Assembly (NCBI RefSeq): GCF_006345805.1 | Contig: NC_043005.1 | Coordinates: forward strand, 53,630,001-53,694,000 | Direction of reading: 5' to 3' | Length of the DNA: 64,000 nucleotides | DNA from: Octopus sinensis | Lineage: Eukaryota | Shown: piece by piece, positions 11,657 to 25,114 of the stretch | Layout: every line of letters starts with the position of its first letter | Numbering within the stretch: the first letter of the stretch is position 1 | The notes under the pieces: generated by a model | Database searches by the model: none | What the model was told of the DNA's origin: nothing | What the model saw: only the letters and a program-made list of their open reading frames with translations | Translations under genes and position numbers: made by a program

Positions 11657-14600
11657 GGAGATACACCGGGGGACGTTTAAGATGTAAGAACGATAAAACA
11701 GAGCTCCGAAATCTATCCACAAACATCGAAAACAAGGACATCGTATGGAGCCAAAGATTTACTAACAAAGGATTGGACTGTATCCGAGTAAGTAATACAA
11801 TTGAAATTTATACTATTTTCGAAACGAAATGATATTTTGACTCGATATCATCTCCACCTCTAACACAACACATGTAAACATGCGTGATACATTACGATCC
11901 ATCAACACCAGATCATCCCCGACCCCAAACACCATGTACAAAGGAACTACGAAGAAATTAAATACCACCGATATTATTCAACCCAAGAATAACAATCGGG
12001 AGGTACGTACTTTAAACTTACAACACAAAATGTACGAAAAACTACACGTGCAAAACAATGTGACAACAGAAATGAACGGCCGGTACCCTACGAAAATGAC
12101 GACCTTCAAAATAATGGGTCGGACGTTGTTCCTCATGTCCCGCAAATAAAACCCAAAAGACATAAATGGATACGTGAGGAATACATTTCTATCCTACACG
12201 CATACTTCACAGCAGTGCTCTACCCAAAAAATGAAAACACAACAACACATACATATAAAATATGGAAGGAAAATAACATAAATATAGACTTGGATACATC
12301 AATGAACCCTAATAAACTAGCTAACGTACGAAGATACATTCTCAACGCAAAAAAAAAATATCAGAGATAGAAATAGAACATCTAAAAGAAAAAATACACG
12401 AGGAAAATGTAGATAGAAGCCACACAACAATGCCCAATAATATAAACACTGAAACAGAACTTAGCAAAAATAAAATAGAAATCACTGCAGCACCAACGGC
12501 AGAAGCAGTGGAAGAATTCTGGAGAGAAATATGGTCGGCGAACGAACAACCAAAAAAAAGGAGTATTAAAACAACAAACTCAGTATCTGAGCAACTTTGG
12601 ACCCCCATAACAACTGAAGAGGTCACTGCAAAGACTAAGCAACTGGAAGGCACCTGGGCATGACAAGATCCCCAATTTTTGGTTGAAATATCTAACAGGA
12701 ATGCACAAAAAGCTGGCTGAAAACTTTAACATACTAGCAGAGCCAGAGACAATGCCTGAATGGCTCACGAAGGGGAAAACCATCTTAATTCTCAAATCAA
12801 ATGAGACAGCAAAACCAGAAAACTACAGACCAATAACCTGTCTCCCTACAATGTACAAGGCTTTTACTGCAGTGATATCGCAAAGGTTGAACAAGCACCT
12901 GGACGAAAACAACCTGTTCCCAGAAGCGCAGAAATGATGCCGCAAAGGCTCATATGGCTGTAAAGATTAACTAATGATTAATGAAGCCATAACTGAAAAC
13001 AGCCACAGAAAGAAGAAAAGCCTCAGTATGGCCTGGATCGACTACAAAAAGGCGTTTGATAGCACCCCCCACACATGGATCCTCGAAACACTAGCCATTA
13101 ACAAAGTAGTACCAACAATTATAAAATTCATAGGGCATCCTATGAATAAATGGCAAACAGTGCTACAGCTCCAAACAAAAGAGGGACTCATTAAAACCGA
13201 AGCCATCCCCATTAGAAGAGGAATATTCCAGGGAGACACGCTCTATCCACTCCTTTTCTGCTTGGCACTGTCACCTCTATCTGATGTGCTAAATAGAACT
13301 GGATACGGATATAAATGTTACGGCAAAACTATCAGCCACCTTTTATATATGGATGACCTAAAACTATACGCTGCAAATGACAAACAGCTGGAAACACTAT
13401 TAAAGACAGTTAATGGATTTACCAAAGAAATAGATATGAAATTTGGATTAGAAAAATGCGCCAAAGTAACCATGAAAAGAGGAAAACTAGTTAAGAGTAG
13501 CAACATCACACTAGATAAAACCAATGAAATAAAAGAATTAGACCAAAGCCAAACTTATAAATACTTAGGAATCCGTGAACTAGATAATACACAACACACA
13601 CAAATGAAAGAGAAAATAAAAAAAGAATATTATAGACGAGTTAGATCAATACTAAAAACAGAGCTCAATGCTAAAAAGAAGATAATAGGTATTAACACTT
13701 TAGCTGTCCCAGTTCTAAGTTACAGCTACAATATCCTTAACTGGACACTAAATGAACTGACCAAAATAGATAGGAAAACAAGAATAATAATGACCGGTTC
13801 TAGGATGCATCACCCAAAATCTGACATAGAAAGACTATATATACAACGTATAGAAGGTGGTAGAGGCCTTATACAGCTGGAAAACTACTATAAAATAACC
13901 ACCATCGGACTGCAAAAATATCTACTTCAGCAGGAGGGAAAACTGATACAAATAGCGGCAAAACACGAGCAAAAAAAAACTGTTCTCAGTATTTAAGGAA
14001 GCTGACAAATACAAACAAGAAATCATACCACCTAATAAATATGAAGAAGAAGGAGAAGAAGATGAAGAAATAACAAAAGCTATAAAACAAATGAAATCCA
14101 AACTAAAAATAGAACAGCAACGAACCATGATAAAACGATGGCAAGAAAAGCCCCTTCATGGTAAATACTGGTCTAAACTAAACGCAAAAGAAATAGACAA
14201 AGAAAAATCCCAGCAATGGTTGAGAAGCTCAGGACTCAAAGCAGAGACAGAGGGATTTTTAATTGCAGCACAAGACCAAAGCCTCCCCACCAGAAATTAC
14301 CAAAAACATGTAATGAAAAGAAATATAACAAGTAACTGCAGAATATGTGGAGATGGACAAGAAACAATAAATCATATTATCTCTAGCTGCCCAGTCCTGG
14401 CTAAGAAGGAATATATTCACAGACATGACAGAGTTGGAACCTACATACACTGGAAGCTATGCCAACATTATGGAATAACAAATGAAAAAAGATGGTATAG
14501 GCACACACCAGAAAAGGTCACAGAAAACGAGAAAGCAACCATACTCTGGGATATGCCGATACATAGAGAAATTAAGGCCAACAGACCAGATATAGTTGTC

Positions 14601-14995
14601 AGAGATTATGAAGAAAAAAAATGCTTTCTAATTGATGTATCAATACCGGCAGATGACAACGTGTCTCTAAAAGAAATGGAGAAACTTTCAAAATACAAAG
14701 ACCTGGAAATAGAGGTAACCAGAATGTGGAATCTAAAAACAGAAACAATTCCTATCATAGTAGATGCATTAGGCATGATAAAAAAATATTCATACAAATA
14801 CATAACAAAAACACCAGGACTTACAAACACATATAACATAGAGAAAATTGCACTACTAGGCACTGCACACATCCTACGCAGAACACTTTCCATACAATAA
14901 CCATCAGTGCATCACAACAAATCACAGCACATACCCAAGGCACAGAGCTGCGCTCAGTAGTGAAGTGAAAGCACGCTATAAAAATAAAACTACTG
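11657..14995 (+). mobile_element. R4/Dong-clade non-LTR retrotransposon with 5' UTR, single disrupted ORF and 95-bp 3' UTR
   Basis: RT motifs KTILILK, YRPITCL, WIDYKKAFDS, GIFQGDTLYPLLF, HLLYMDDLKL; CCHC knuckle CRICGDGQETINHIISSC; RHD; restriction-like endonuclease NRPDIVV..LIDVSIP..K..KY. Both ends are in TAA repeats (11585-11656, 14996-15013). Confidence 0.93.
11992..14900 (+). pseudogene. Dong ORF (N-terminal Myb-like region, RT, CCHC, restriction-like endonuclease), inactivated
   Basis: Frameshifts near 12350, 12640 and 13980, two of them in A-runs. In-frame stops at 12935 (QK*CRKGSYGCKD) and 12968. Terminal TAA at 14898-14900. ORF pieces 12683-12937, 12974-13996 and 14091-14900 join into one protein. 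Confidence 0.9.
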
Positions 14996-15016
14996 AATAA
15001 TAATAATAATAATTAC

Positions 15017-15123
<107 letters not shown>

Positions 15124-15990
15124 TATTAGATATTAGAGACGAATTTGCGATAGACAAGAGGAAAAATAAAATAGAAGCTATATGTGCGAGTTTCGGATAT
15201 TACCTATGTCTCTGTTACTCACTGCTATATCAGATTGGTTCCCATAAGATCACATACTATTTTATGAGGAATATTTTACCAGTTAACTCTCATTGTCTGA
15301 TCAATATGGTGTACCTATCATCAGAGAATAAATCATATTCATACGTAGAGATAACTTATTCTACTGACCTACGTGTTATCTTGTCGAGTACAGTTAAAAC
15401 AGAAATGAATGAATATAAATAAAAGCATAGTCTGAATAGTTAAAGTGCATAAGTAACAACATATTATACATACATATTTTCGGTATAGAATGTCTTAAAA
15501 GCATTTCACTTGTAAAGTATTTATCGTGAGACAAAAATATCATTGACACAACCTAGACAGTGTTTACAACTTACAATGAAATGAAGCAATACAAAACACA
15601 ATCAATCATCATTGCATTCAGAAAATAAAACTGAAAATATCTAGAAATTTTGGTGGATCTAGGAAATGTATTGTTATAGACTAACTATAAAGAGTATTGC
15701 TGAAATCAATTAATTAAAAGTATCTTTTAAGCCGTTTTACATATTTTGGTTTATCTTGTAAATAATGTCCAGTGATTGTAGAGCAGGTGTGTTTTAGTAG
15801 TATAAATTTTATGGAATATGTAGAACAAATCATCTCAAAACAATTTAAGATTAGTTAAATGAAAATAAGTACAGTTATAATATTATTATTATATTTCAAT
15901 GGTGTTAATATATATCAGTTAATATAAAGGGAGCCGGTTACAAAGCAGTAGCAGAAAAGTCTGTATGGAATATAGAGAAAGAATACATAC

Positions 15991-16021
<31 letters not shown>

Positions 16022-16736
16022 TGTATGTATAATATAACAATATAACATAAATGCGTGTGTCTAGAAAAATGAGGTAATTGAAAATATTTATGTTATCCCG
16101 AATTCAACTGATGGCAGTATAGACGTGTAAACCAGCTCTAGTGTATTCAAGGTTCAAATCCTGATAAGGATGACTTCTACTTTTTAATTTTCTCGGGTCA
16201 GAAGAAAAAAATAAATGCAATATAGTATTGAACTAAACAAATAATCAAAGATACGTCAAACGCACCCTTTTCAAAATGTATGGCATTTTGCCTTGCTCAT
16301 GCAAGATCAATATATTAAACTACGGGAATAACATGAGAAATAGTCAGAAATTCTGCAAGCATTTATAAATTCTTTCCTAAGTTGTCATTGATATGAAATG
16401 GAATGCGATATTATCATTATATTCAATACTAATTAAATACAAAATTAATTTCTAAATCGTAAATATTATCGCTTTCTATAATTTTCATGACAAAATATTT
16501 TAAAACATATGGTCATTTCGTTTTGGCTGTCTTTAATAATAAATTTCAATCCCAAATTTCTTGTTGAGCAAGATGGTTATCATCCACAACATTAATTTTG
16601 TAGCGAATATCTTGATGCGGGGCTTTAGTTAGTTTCGTATTTTTGTATTGTATTACGTCTGTGCGTGTGCGCGCGTCTATGTGTGTGTGTGTGCGTGTGT
16701 ATGTATATTTATGTGTGTATATATATAACTCTGTGT

Positions 16737-16807
<71 letters not shown>

Positions 16808-18024
16808 ATATATATATATATAGGCATATGTACACGCAAACACATACATACACACACACAGACACATATATGATAAACTGAATTTCTATTTTTATAAATT
16901 GCCGAAAAGAGAAAGAAAATTAAAAATGTAAAATGCAAAATATTCAAAATTAAGTAAAAACAATTGTTTCCTATAGGCAGTTATTATTTCATTGCATTTT
17001 TATATGCACTGTTTTAAAACAACTTAGTTGTAATTATTGAAATAGTAGCAATGGAATTTATTTTGTCGTGTCGTCGTCATCGTCGTTGTTCTTTCTTTTA
17101 TTTATTATTATTTTTTTTATTTTAGTATTTCTTATATCTCTTTCTCTCTTAGATTGATTCATTAGCTTCTAATTGCTGTAAACCACAGTTTTTCTGACAT
17201 TTGCATAAATAGAGACGAAAAATTGAATTAAAACCAAATAGAAAAATATAAGCCAAAACCAAATAAAAACAAGAAATTTGGAATAGGACACAGAAAATAT
17301 ACAAATAAATATAAATAATTAACTCATCTAATTTCTAATATTTGTTTTTACTCTTCTTTGTTTTCGTATTGTATTCTCTTTCGTTTCTATATGGAACATT
17401 CTCATTCTATATATTTTTCTTATTTTGCTTAAGAGCGTATAATTATTTATTATTTTTAAACTGTATATTTATTTCTTTTAGTTTTACTAAATTTTCATCA
17501 GTAATTTATAGTTTATTTGAGACTGCTCAAACTGCATGAAGTGCAAAGCAATTCACCAAACAGTCATAGCTTCAAGTATCGTTCTCCTATATAACAAATA
17601 AATAGCAATACATGCCAAGTTCTAAACAGATTTAGAACGTATTTCTACTTCATGTTACAATTAATTTTTTATCTTTTGTACTGGATAATATAGCTGGTAG
17701 TGCAGTACATTCCTGTAATGTAATTTATACACTAACATTTCTATTTGTACTTTGTAACCAATCTTCTTTTGTTCTTACATTACGAATTTTTTTTTTACTT
17801 TTGACCACGCAACAATGTTAAGAGTAATAATATAGCGATGTTTTATTTACTGCACTGACATCAGTGCATCGCGTCCAACTGTTTCTAAAGCATTTATAGC
17901 AGTAACAACAAATTACATCAACAGTACTAAACAGTAACAGTATGAGGATCGAATCTCAAATAATATCATAAAACGTAATATTATCCGATGAGAAATGTTA
18001 ATGATTCTTATTGATCATATGTAT

Positions 18025-18063
<39 letters not shown>

Positions 18064-18197
18064 CGTGTGTGTGTGCGCGCATGTGCATGTGTCTGTGTGT
18101 GTGTATGTGTGCGTGTGTGTGTGCGCGCATGTGCATGTGTCTGTGTGTGCGTATGCAATCAATACGAATCATCATTTTTCGTGAGATAATATTACAC

Positions 18198-18228
<31 letters not shown>

Positions 18229-18299
18229 GCAACAAACGTCATTATTATCATCAAAAGAAATGATAATTACTATTACTAATTACCAGATGGCAAGTTAAG

Positions 18300-18755
18300 T
18301 TACAGGAAACAACGGGCCTGTGGTATTTGTTCAGAATCTTTAGGTTCTGAGTTCAAGTCCCACTAAAGTTAAATTTGCCTCTGGGGGAGATAAAAAGAAA
18401 GTAGCCTGTATTCGGGTAGATACTATCGGTTATTCCTTTCCCCCAAAAATGTTTGACCTTGTTCTTATGTAAGATATTATTATTGTTGTTAATGCAATTT
18501 ATATTAGTTATCATTGATATTTATATTGTTGTTAAGACGGCGATCTGTTAGAATCGTTAGCTGGCCGAGTAAAATTCTTAGCGCTATTTCGTCCGTCTTT
18601 ACGTTCTGAGTTCAAATTCTACTGAGGTCGACTTTGCCTTTCATCCTTTCGGGGTCAATAAATTAAGTACCAGTGTTTCTCTAGGATTGATGTAATCTAC
18701 TAGTCCCCTCCCCACCCCCAAAGTCCAGGTTTTGTTCCTTTAGTAGAAAGGATAT
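18300..18755 (+). mobile_element. Two SINE family A copies, the first decayed
   Basis: 18533 onward: AAGACGGCGATCTG..GAGTTCAAATTC..TTTGCCTTTCATCCTTTCGGGGTCAATAAATTAAGTACCAG. Confidence 0.8.
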
Positions 18756-18863
18756 TTTCATTTTTGCTTGCCGTGAATAGATGCTTGATCGGCGCACTGA
18801 TAAAAAATTATTCGTCACAATCATTTTGATAAGAAATTTTTGTCTCGTTTAATCGACAAAGAA

Positions 18864-19346
18864 CCTCGGAACTTTCCAGGAAGTACCCAAATCCTCGGAA
18901 CTTTCTATGAAGTACCATAATCCTCGGAACTTTACAGGGAGTAGACAAATCCTCGGAAATTTCCAGGAAATTCTCTAATCCTCGGAACTTTCCAGGAAAT
19001 AATCTAATAATGGGAACTTTCCATGAAGTACCCAGATCCTCGGAACTCTCCTTGAAGTATCCTAATCATCGGAACTTTCCATAAATTACCCAGTCCTCGG
19101 ATATTTCCAAGAAGTACCCTTATCCTCGGAACTTTCCATGAAATACCAAATCCTCGGAACTGTCCGGAAGTACCTAATCCTCGAAACTTTCCACGATGTA
19201 GCGAATCCTCGGAACTTTCCAGGAAGTACGATAATCCTTGGAAATTTCCAGGATATACCCTAATCTTCGGAACTTTCCAGGAATTGATTTTCCATAATTC
19301 TCGGAACTTTCCACGAAGTACCCTAATCCTCGGGACTTTCCAGGAA
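18864..19346 (+). repeat. 29-bp minisatellite, 17 units, consensus CCTCGGAACTTTCCAGGAAGTACCCTAAT
   Basis: Units counted by eye; mostly 27-29 bp, one 33 bp. Confidence 0.95.
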
Positions 19347-19749
19347 GGCTTAAATGCCAGCCATCGTGAGTCTAATATCCTGACATTCTATCCTTTCAAA
19401 CTTTGTTTTCCAATATTTTTTTATTTTTATTCAGCTCTCAAATTCGTCGGTCCCTTTTAAATGTTAGTGTTTTGCTGTCCGCCTTGAAGCAGATATTTCC
19501 GTTGTCACTGCCTGATATTAATGATTGATCTTTCAAAATATTTTCTTGTTCAACTTACTCAAGATCCTTTGTTCTTTATAAATGGAAGAGAGACATAAAG
19601 ATAGAGCGTAAGAGAAAGCGAGGGAAAATCCGAGAGAAGGGAAGAGTAAGAGAGTGGGAAAGTGAGAGAGAAAGGAGAAAGAAACAAAGAGGGAGAATGG
19701 TGTCATAAGAAACAGAAAGAAAGCAACAGAAAGTAACAACCACACCCTT

Positions 19750-19782
19750 ACCCGCGCGTAGAGCGGGTCGCCTTAAGTTAGT
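19750..19782 (+). mobile_element. Helitron-like 3' terminus
   Basis: GC hairpin ACCCGC-GCGTAGA-GCGGGT followed 9 nt later by TTAG|T, one change from CTAG|T. Confidence 0.45.
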
Positions 19783-20210
19783 ATTTAATAATTTTTATGC
19801 TTCGGATCTAAATGTGCTTACGATTAACATTGCGTGATAGAATCGAAACGTTTCTTTCTACATTTAATTCAGCAAGATCATTAAGATATTTCTAAAATGT
19901 CCTTAGACAAGGTGGAAATGGCATAGAAATCTGCTTACATCAAATATTACTGTTAGCATTTTAGTAGTATTTATTGTTGTTGTTGTTGTTGTTGTTCCTG
20001 TTGTTTGGCTCCAAGTATATTTTGATTAAACAAATTTTTGGTCAAAAGCGTTCGAGACATAATTATCCCGTTTTCTTGTTTTGACTCATTATATGGATGA
20101 CTCCATTATACAGAGCTTGTTTGTTTTTTTTGTATTTTTGCGTTAGTTTTTTTTTTTCTTGCTATGATATTTCAAAGAGAGATTTGACAGCCGGTTTTAA
20201 AACATCGAAT

Positions 20211-20399
20211 CTACAGTGTATCGGTTTGAATACACAGGTATTCAGTAGACTTCACCCAGACTGCACTCACAAGGCACGGACCAGCATGGTATGAAACTCT
20301 GTACAAAAACAAAATAAAAACCCACTTGCCTAAAGTGCCGTACAATGAGACAGAACCCGAATCTAAGTAACTGCAATGTTAACTTCTTAACTTCACAGT
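20211..20399 (-). mobile_element. SINE-like sequence (family C), near-identical to 24926-25114
   Basis: 189 bp with 1 mismatch. It shares GCACTTTAGGCAAGTG and CCTTGTGAGTG motifs with family B. Confidence 0.75.
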
Positions 20400-20424
20400 T
20401 ACACACACATACACACTCACACAT

Positions 20425-20590
20425 ATATATTTACGATGAGCTTCTTTCAGTTTTCGTCTACCAAATCCACTTAAAAAGATTTGGTCGGCCCGAGGTTATA
20501 GTAGGAGACACTTGCCCAAGGTGCCACGTAGTGGGACTGAACCCGGAACGACGTGGTTGGGAAGCAAGTTTATTACCACACAACCATGTT
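20425..20590 (-). mobile_element. SINE family B, 5' half
   Basis: Reverse complement of GGTTCAGTCCCACT..CACCTTGGGCAAGTGTCT. Confidence 0.85.
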
Positions 20591-21015
20591 TGCGTCTTAT
20601 ACATATATACTTTTGTATTCATACATGTGTGTATACACATACACACACAAGCTTACATACATGCATACACACATATGCATACATGGAGAGTGACATTACG
20701 TATCTTTCAAAGAGATAGAATCATTTATTACCAAACATTCTATAACATTCTCTTGTGAATAATTTTATTTCTCTATAGAGACAGATTTACAAGGAATGTC
20801 TGGACATAACATGTTTCTTACATGTTTTTTTTTAATGAATTTAGAGCTTGTGAGCTACTTTGCAGAATGTTTTTTCCATCACTTATTTACAGAGGCCATT
20901 TATCATCATTACACCTTGTTCTATATTGAGGCAAGTCGGGTGAATGACGATTCTGATATGCTAATTCTGCTTTTTATCGGTGATTTTCTGCATTGTTATT
21001 TGGTACAGGACTAAC

Positions 21016-21065
<50 letters not shown>

Positions 21066-21276
21066 TATATATATATGAGAAACACTATTAGTAGACAAGA
21101 CGAAAGAAAGGATTGATGTAGGAATAAATATATTGAAAAGAATTGCATTTGTCAGGTAATTAAGCCTCTTCTTTTGTGTAATATCAATATTAGATTTCTA
21201 CCAGTGACAAATTTCTAAAAACTACTTGCACTAGTACACACACATACACATAAACATACATAGGTATTTATTTATA

Positions 21277-21353
<77 letters not shown>

Positions 21354-21589
21354 ATATCTTTTCATATATGTGTGTATGTGTGTGTGTGTGTGTGCGAGAA
21401 AAAGAGAGAAAGAGCGAGAGGGAGCTGCTAGAATGCAATAATCCAGATATACCTTGTTATAAGTGTAAATTAAATAGATACAAAAATAGTGAAGTTCTTG
21501 TTTATAAAGTCACTTGACGAGGTGGATTCTACACAACACACACACACAAACACACACAAACACACACGCATATTTCATATATATCTATA

Positions 21590-22006
21590 GGCGCAGGTGT
21601 GGCTGTGTGGTAAGTAGCTTGCTAACCAACCACATGGTTCCGGGTTCAGTCCCACTGCGTGGCATCTTGGGCAGGTGTCTTCTGCTATAGCCCCGGGCCG
21701 ACCAATGCCTTGTGAGTGGATCTGGTAGACGGAAACTGAAAGAAGCCCGTCGTATATATGTATATATATATAAGTGTGTGTGTATATATTTGTGTGTCTG
21801 TGTTTGTCCCCCTAGCATTGCTTGACAACCGATGCTGGTGTGTTTACGTCCCCGTCACTTAGCGGTTCGGTAAAAGAGACCGATAGAATAAGTACTAGGC
21901 TTACAAAGAATAAGTCCCGGGGTCGATTTGCTCGACTAAAGGCGGTGCTCCAGCATGGCCGCAGTCAAATGACTGAAACAAGTAAAAGAGTAAAAAGAGT
22001 AAAGAG
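21590..22006 (+). mobile_element. Full-length SINE family B (tRNA head, CORE-like CTTGGGCAGGTG, internal TG microsatellite, AAAAGAGT tail); resembles octopus OR-type SINEs
   Basis: GGCGCAGGTGTGGCTGTGTGGTAAG (A-box region), GGTTCAGTCCC (B-box), tail TGACTGAAACAAGTAAAAGAG. Family name is from recall only. Confidence 0.88.
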
Positions 22007-22028
22007 TATATGTACACATGTATGCGTG

Positions 22029-22060
<32 letters not shown>

Positions 22061-22114
22061 TATATATATATATGTGTGTATATATAATACATTTATATAT
22101 ATATATACATATAT

Positions 22115-22163
<49 letters not shown>

Positions 22164-22264
22164 CATATATATACATATATATACACACATATGCATATAT
22201 ATCTATATGAATATATAATGTTGCCACTTGATATGAAACTTTTTGTATTAATGGAAAACCTCTA

Positions 22265-22357
22265 TAATTGGCTGATGAGTGCTCAGCAGTTTAAAACTGT
22301 TGTAATACTTACAACATTTAATAAAATGATGTAGTACGAAACGATCGTACCAAATTA
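22265..22357 (+). ncRNA. Type I hammerhead ribozyme, intact core, Penelope-type palindromic stem III
   Basis: TAATTGG-CTGATGA-GTGCT...AGTAC-GAAA-CGATCG-TA-CCAAATTA. Stem I 7 bp plus a bulge, stem II 5 bp, palindrome ACGATCGT, GUA triplet. Confidence 0.85.
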
Positions 22358-22706
22358 CCGGAGTCATTCTTGTTGCTTATTTTGATTATAATAACCCCAC
22401 GGATTTTTATGGATAACACCATACAGAATTCTGGTGCATCTAAATTAAGTACCATATTCATTTGAATCTAAATTTTTGCTGAACTTATATATATACATAT
22501 ATATATATATGTACATGCATATATATGTATAAACATATTTTTTTACACTATAGAATTAGCTGTAGAGTCTATGTGATAGCTGGAAGTTATTAATCAGTTT
22601 GGTGATACTGGTGGTGAAGGTTCTGCTTGTGTTAGGTAAATACATTTAAAATATGAATGTTACATTGTCGTTTGGGAATTCACCGAAGATGTAACCTGAA
22701 ATATTC

Positions 22707-22749
<43 letters not shown>

Positions 22750-23774
22750 TGTATTTCTAAACATTGTTGTTTCTAAATCCCTCAACAAGGGATATTCAGT
22801 AGCAGCACATCACATCACTTTAAAGTAACAATTATTTGCCAACCTATTGTGACAGTCCCGTTTGGGCCGAAAGCTACTGTTGTTTAGCCCTAGAAGGCAT
22901 CGTCTCCAGCTGGCTATACGACATAAGGTCAGTGTCCTTATATTTTCGAGAAGGGGATGTTAGCACCCTCCACTAAGCAATATCTGTGAACCGTACGGTT
23001 TGAGGATTATTTTCCTTCGTCGGCACAGCATAACCCTTTGGCTGAGATGGTGCTGCGAAACACCCGTTCGAAAATATATATAATTTTCTAAGAGACTCAC
23101 GGTCACTGATCTAATAAATAGAAACATTATTGTTCCTAAATCTCACAACGAAAGATATTCAGTAGCAGCATTTTAAAGTAATGATTATTTGGCATATATA
23201 TATACATACACGCATATATACATACGCACACATACATGTATATGAATAAATGGGTTTTGGTGTATAGAGAGCGATACATGCATAAATACAAGTATATACA
23301 TATATGAACGTATATATGCATAATCGCACAGACATACTAATGCATTTTGTATGTATACGTATTCATGTGAAACAACTGAGTATTACTTGTAAAGTACTAT
23401 ATAAAATTCATGCCTACTTGAGTTACAAATTTCATTATATTTAACCGTTACATAAACAGAAAATCGCAAGCGTGATTCATGCAGCGACAGCTTACTATGT
23501 GACTAGACTGATGTCTGGAGGATTTTCTATGGGTTTATTCTAGTTCAAAAGTCTGTTTTATTATTCGTTTGTCAATTGATTACAAGAAGCAATTAATTCA
23601 CAGGTAGTTTGAATATATTTGACCTACACTATTTGATTTTATTGCGAGAGAAATATAATTACTGAATTCACACTGAGTACTTTAACTGTGCATAGTTGTC
23701 ATTGAAAGTTGTTTTTATATTTTAAAAAAATGAATAAATAACTGTTGCTATCTTCTATCATCTACCTACATAAG

Positions 23775-23824
<50 letters not shown>

Positions 23825-23896
23825 ATACATATAAATGTATATATGTGTGTGTCAGTGTGTGTGTGTGTTTGTGTATGTATATGTATATATATATAT

Positions 23897-24092
23897 CTTT
23901 TTACTCTTTTACTTGTTTCAGTCATTTGACTGCGGCCATGCTGGAGCACCGCCTTTAATCGAGCAACTCGACCCCTGGACTTATTCTATCGGTCTCTTTT
24001 ACCGAACCGCTAAGTAACGGGGACATAAACACACCAGCATCGGTTGTCAAGCAATGCTAGGGGGACAAGCACAGACACACAAACACACACGC

Positions 24093-24127
<35 letters not shown>

Positions 24128-24302
24128 CATACATATATACGACGGGCTTCTTTCAGTTTCCGTCTACCAAATCGACTCACAAGGCTTTGGTCGGCCCGAT
24201 GCTATAGTAGAAGACATTTGCCCAAGGTGCCACGCAGTAGGACAGAACACGGAACCATGTGGTTGGTAAACAAGCTACTTACCACACAGCCACTCCTGCG
24301 CC
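23897..24302 (-). mobile_element. Full-length SINE family B
   Basis: Reverse-complement match to 21590-22006 from head to tail. Confidence 0.9.
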
Positions 24303-24344
24303 TATATATATATGTATGTATGTATATATATGTATAGAGATAGA

Positions 24345-24405
<61 letters not shown>

Positions 24406-24421
24406 TGACAGACAGACAGGC

Positions 24422-24535
<114 letters not shown>

Positions 24536-24925
24536 ATGTAGTTATAATCCTTATTTTAAAGAAAGCCAAAACATTTGACACTTCAAAACAGTTTCATAAT
24601 ACAAACAAGCTTCCTCGTCACTTGTCTCCAAGGTAAGATATGTATAGCCTCAGTTCTCTGATCTATAAACGTCCTCAAAATACACGAGATAAAATGAGTA
24701 TCTGGGTTGATCATTTGTAGTTACTACCTGCTACTGTTCTCGGCAGAGTTTGAACTCGTGAACCACTCGATAGCTGGTCTTTTAGGCAATTGTAATTGTT
24801 TAGATCAGTGACAAACCATCTGTGAGATTATGGCAGTTTGATAAACTTCAAAGCAATTCTTTAACTTTGCTTACTGATCGATATCATCAATAGTATTGAT
24901 TTGTCTTGGCTAGATATAAGACATG

Positions 24926-25114
24926 ACTGTGAAGTTAAGAAGTTAACATTGCAGTTACTTAGATTCGGGCTCTGTCTCATTGTACGGCACTTTAGGCAAG
25001 TGGGTTTTTATTTTGTTTTTGTACAGAGTTTCATACCATGCTGGTCCGTGCCTTGTGAGTGCAGTCTGGGTGAAGTCTACTGAATACCTGTGTATTCAAA
25101 CCGATACACTGTAG
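24926..25114 (+). mobile_element. SINE-like family C, partner of 20211-20399
   Basis: 189 bp with 1 mismatch, opposite orientation. Confidence 0.75.

Noticed and set aside
11657-11880. Expected HDV-like ribozyme in the Dong 5' UTR
   Set aside because: I could not build a consistent P1-P2-P3 fold by hand; a descriptor search is needed.
15185-15330. - strand CTGATGA ... TATCCGAAAC hammerhead-like pair
   Set aside because: Stem II does not pair in register, and no UH triplet or stem I can be identified. At most a very old relic.
18864-19346. CRISPR-like appearance of the 29-bp array
   Set aside because: Units are contiguous with only 4-5 variable nt, there are no spacers or cas genes, and the context is eukaryotic.
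21590-21670. tRNA gene calls for SINE heads
   Set aside because: The A/B boxes run into SINE cores and tails, and there is no complete cloverleaf.
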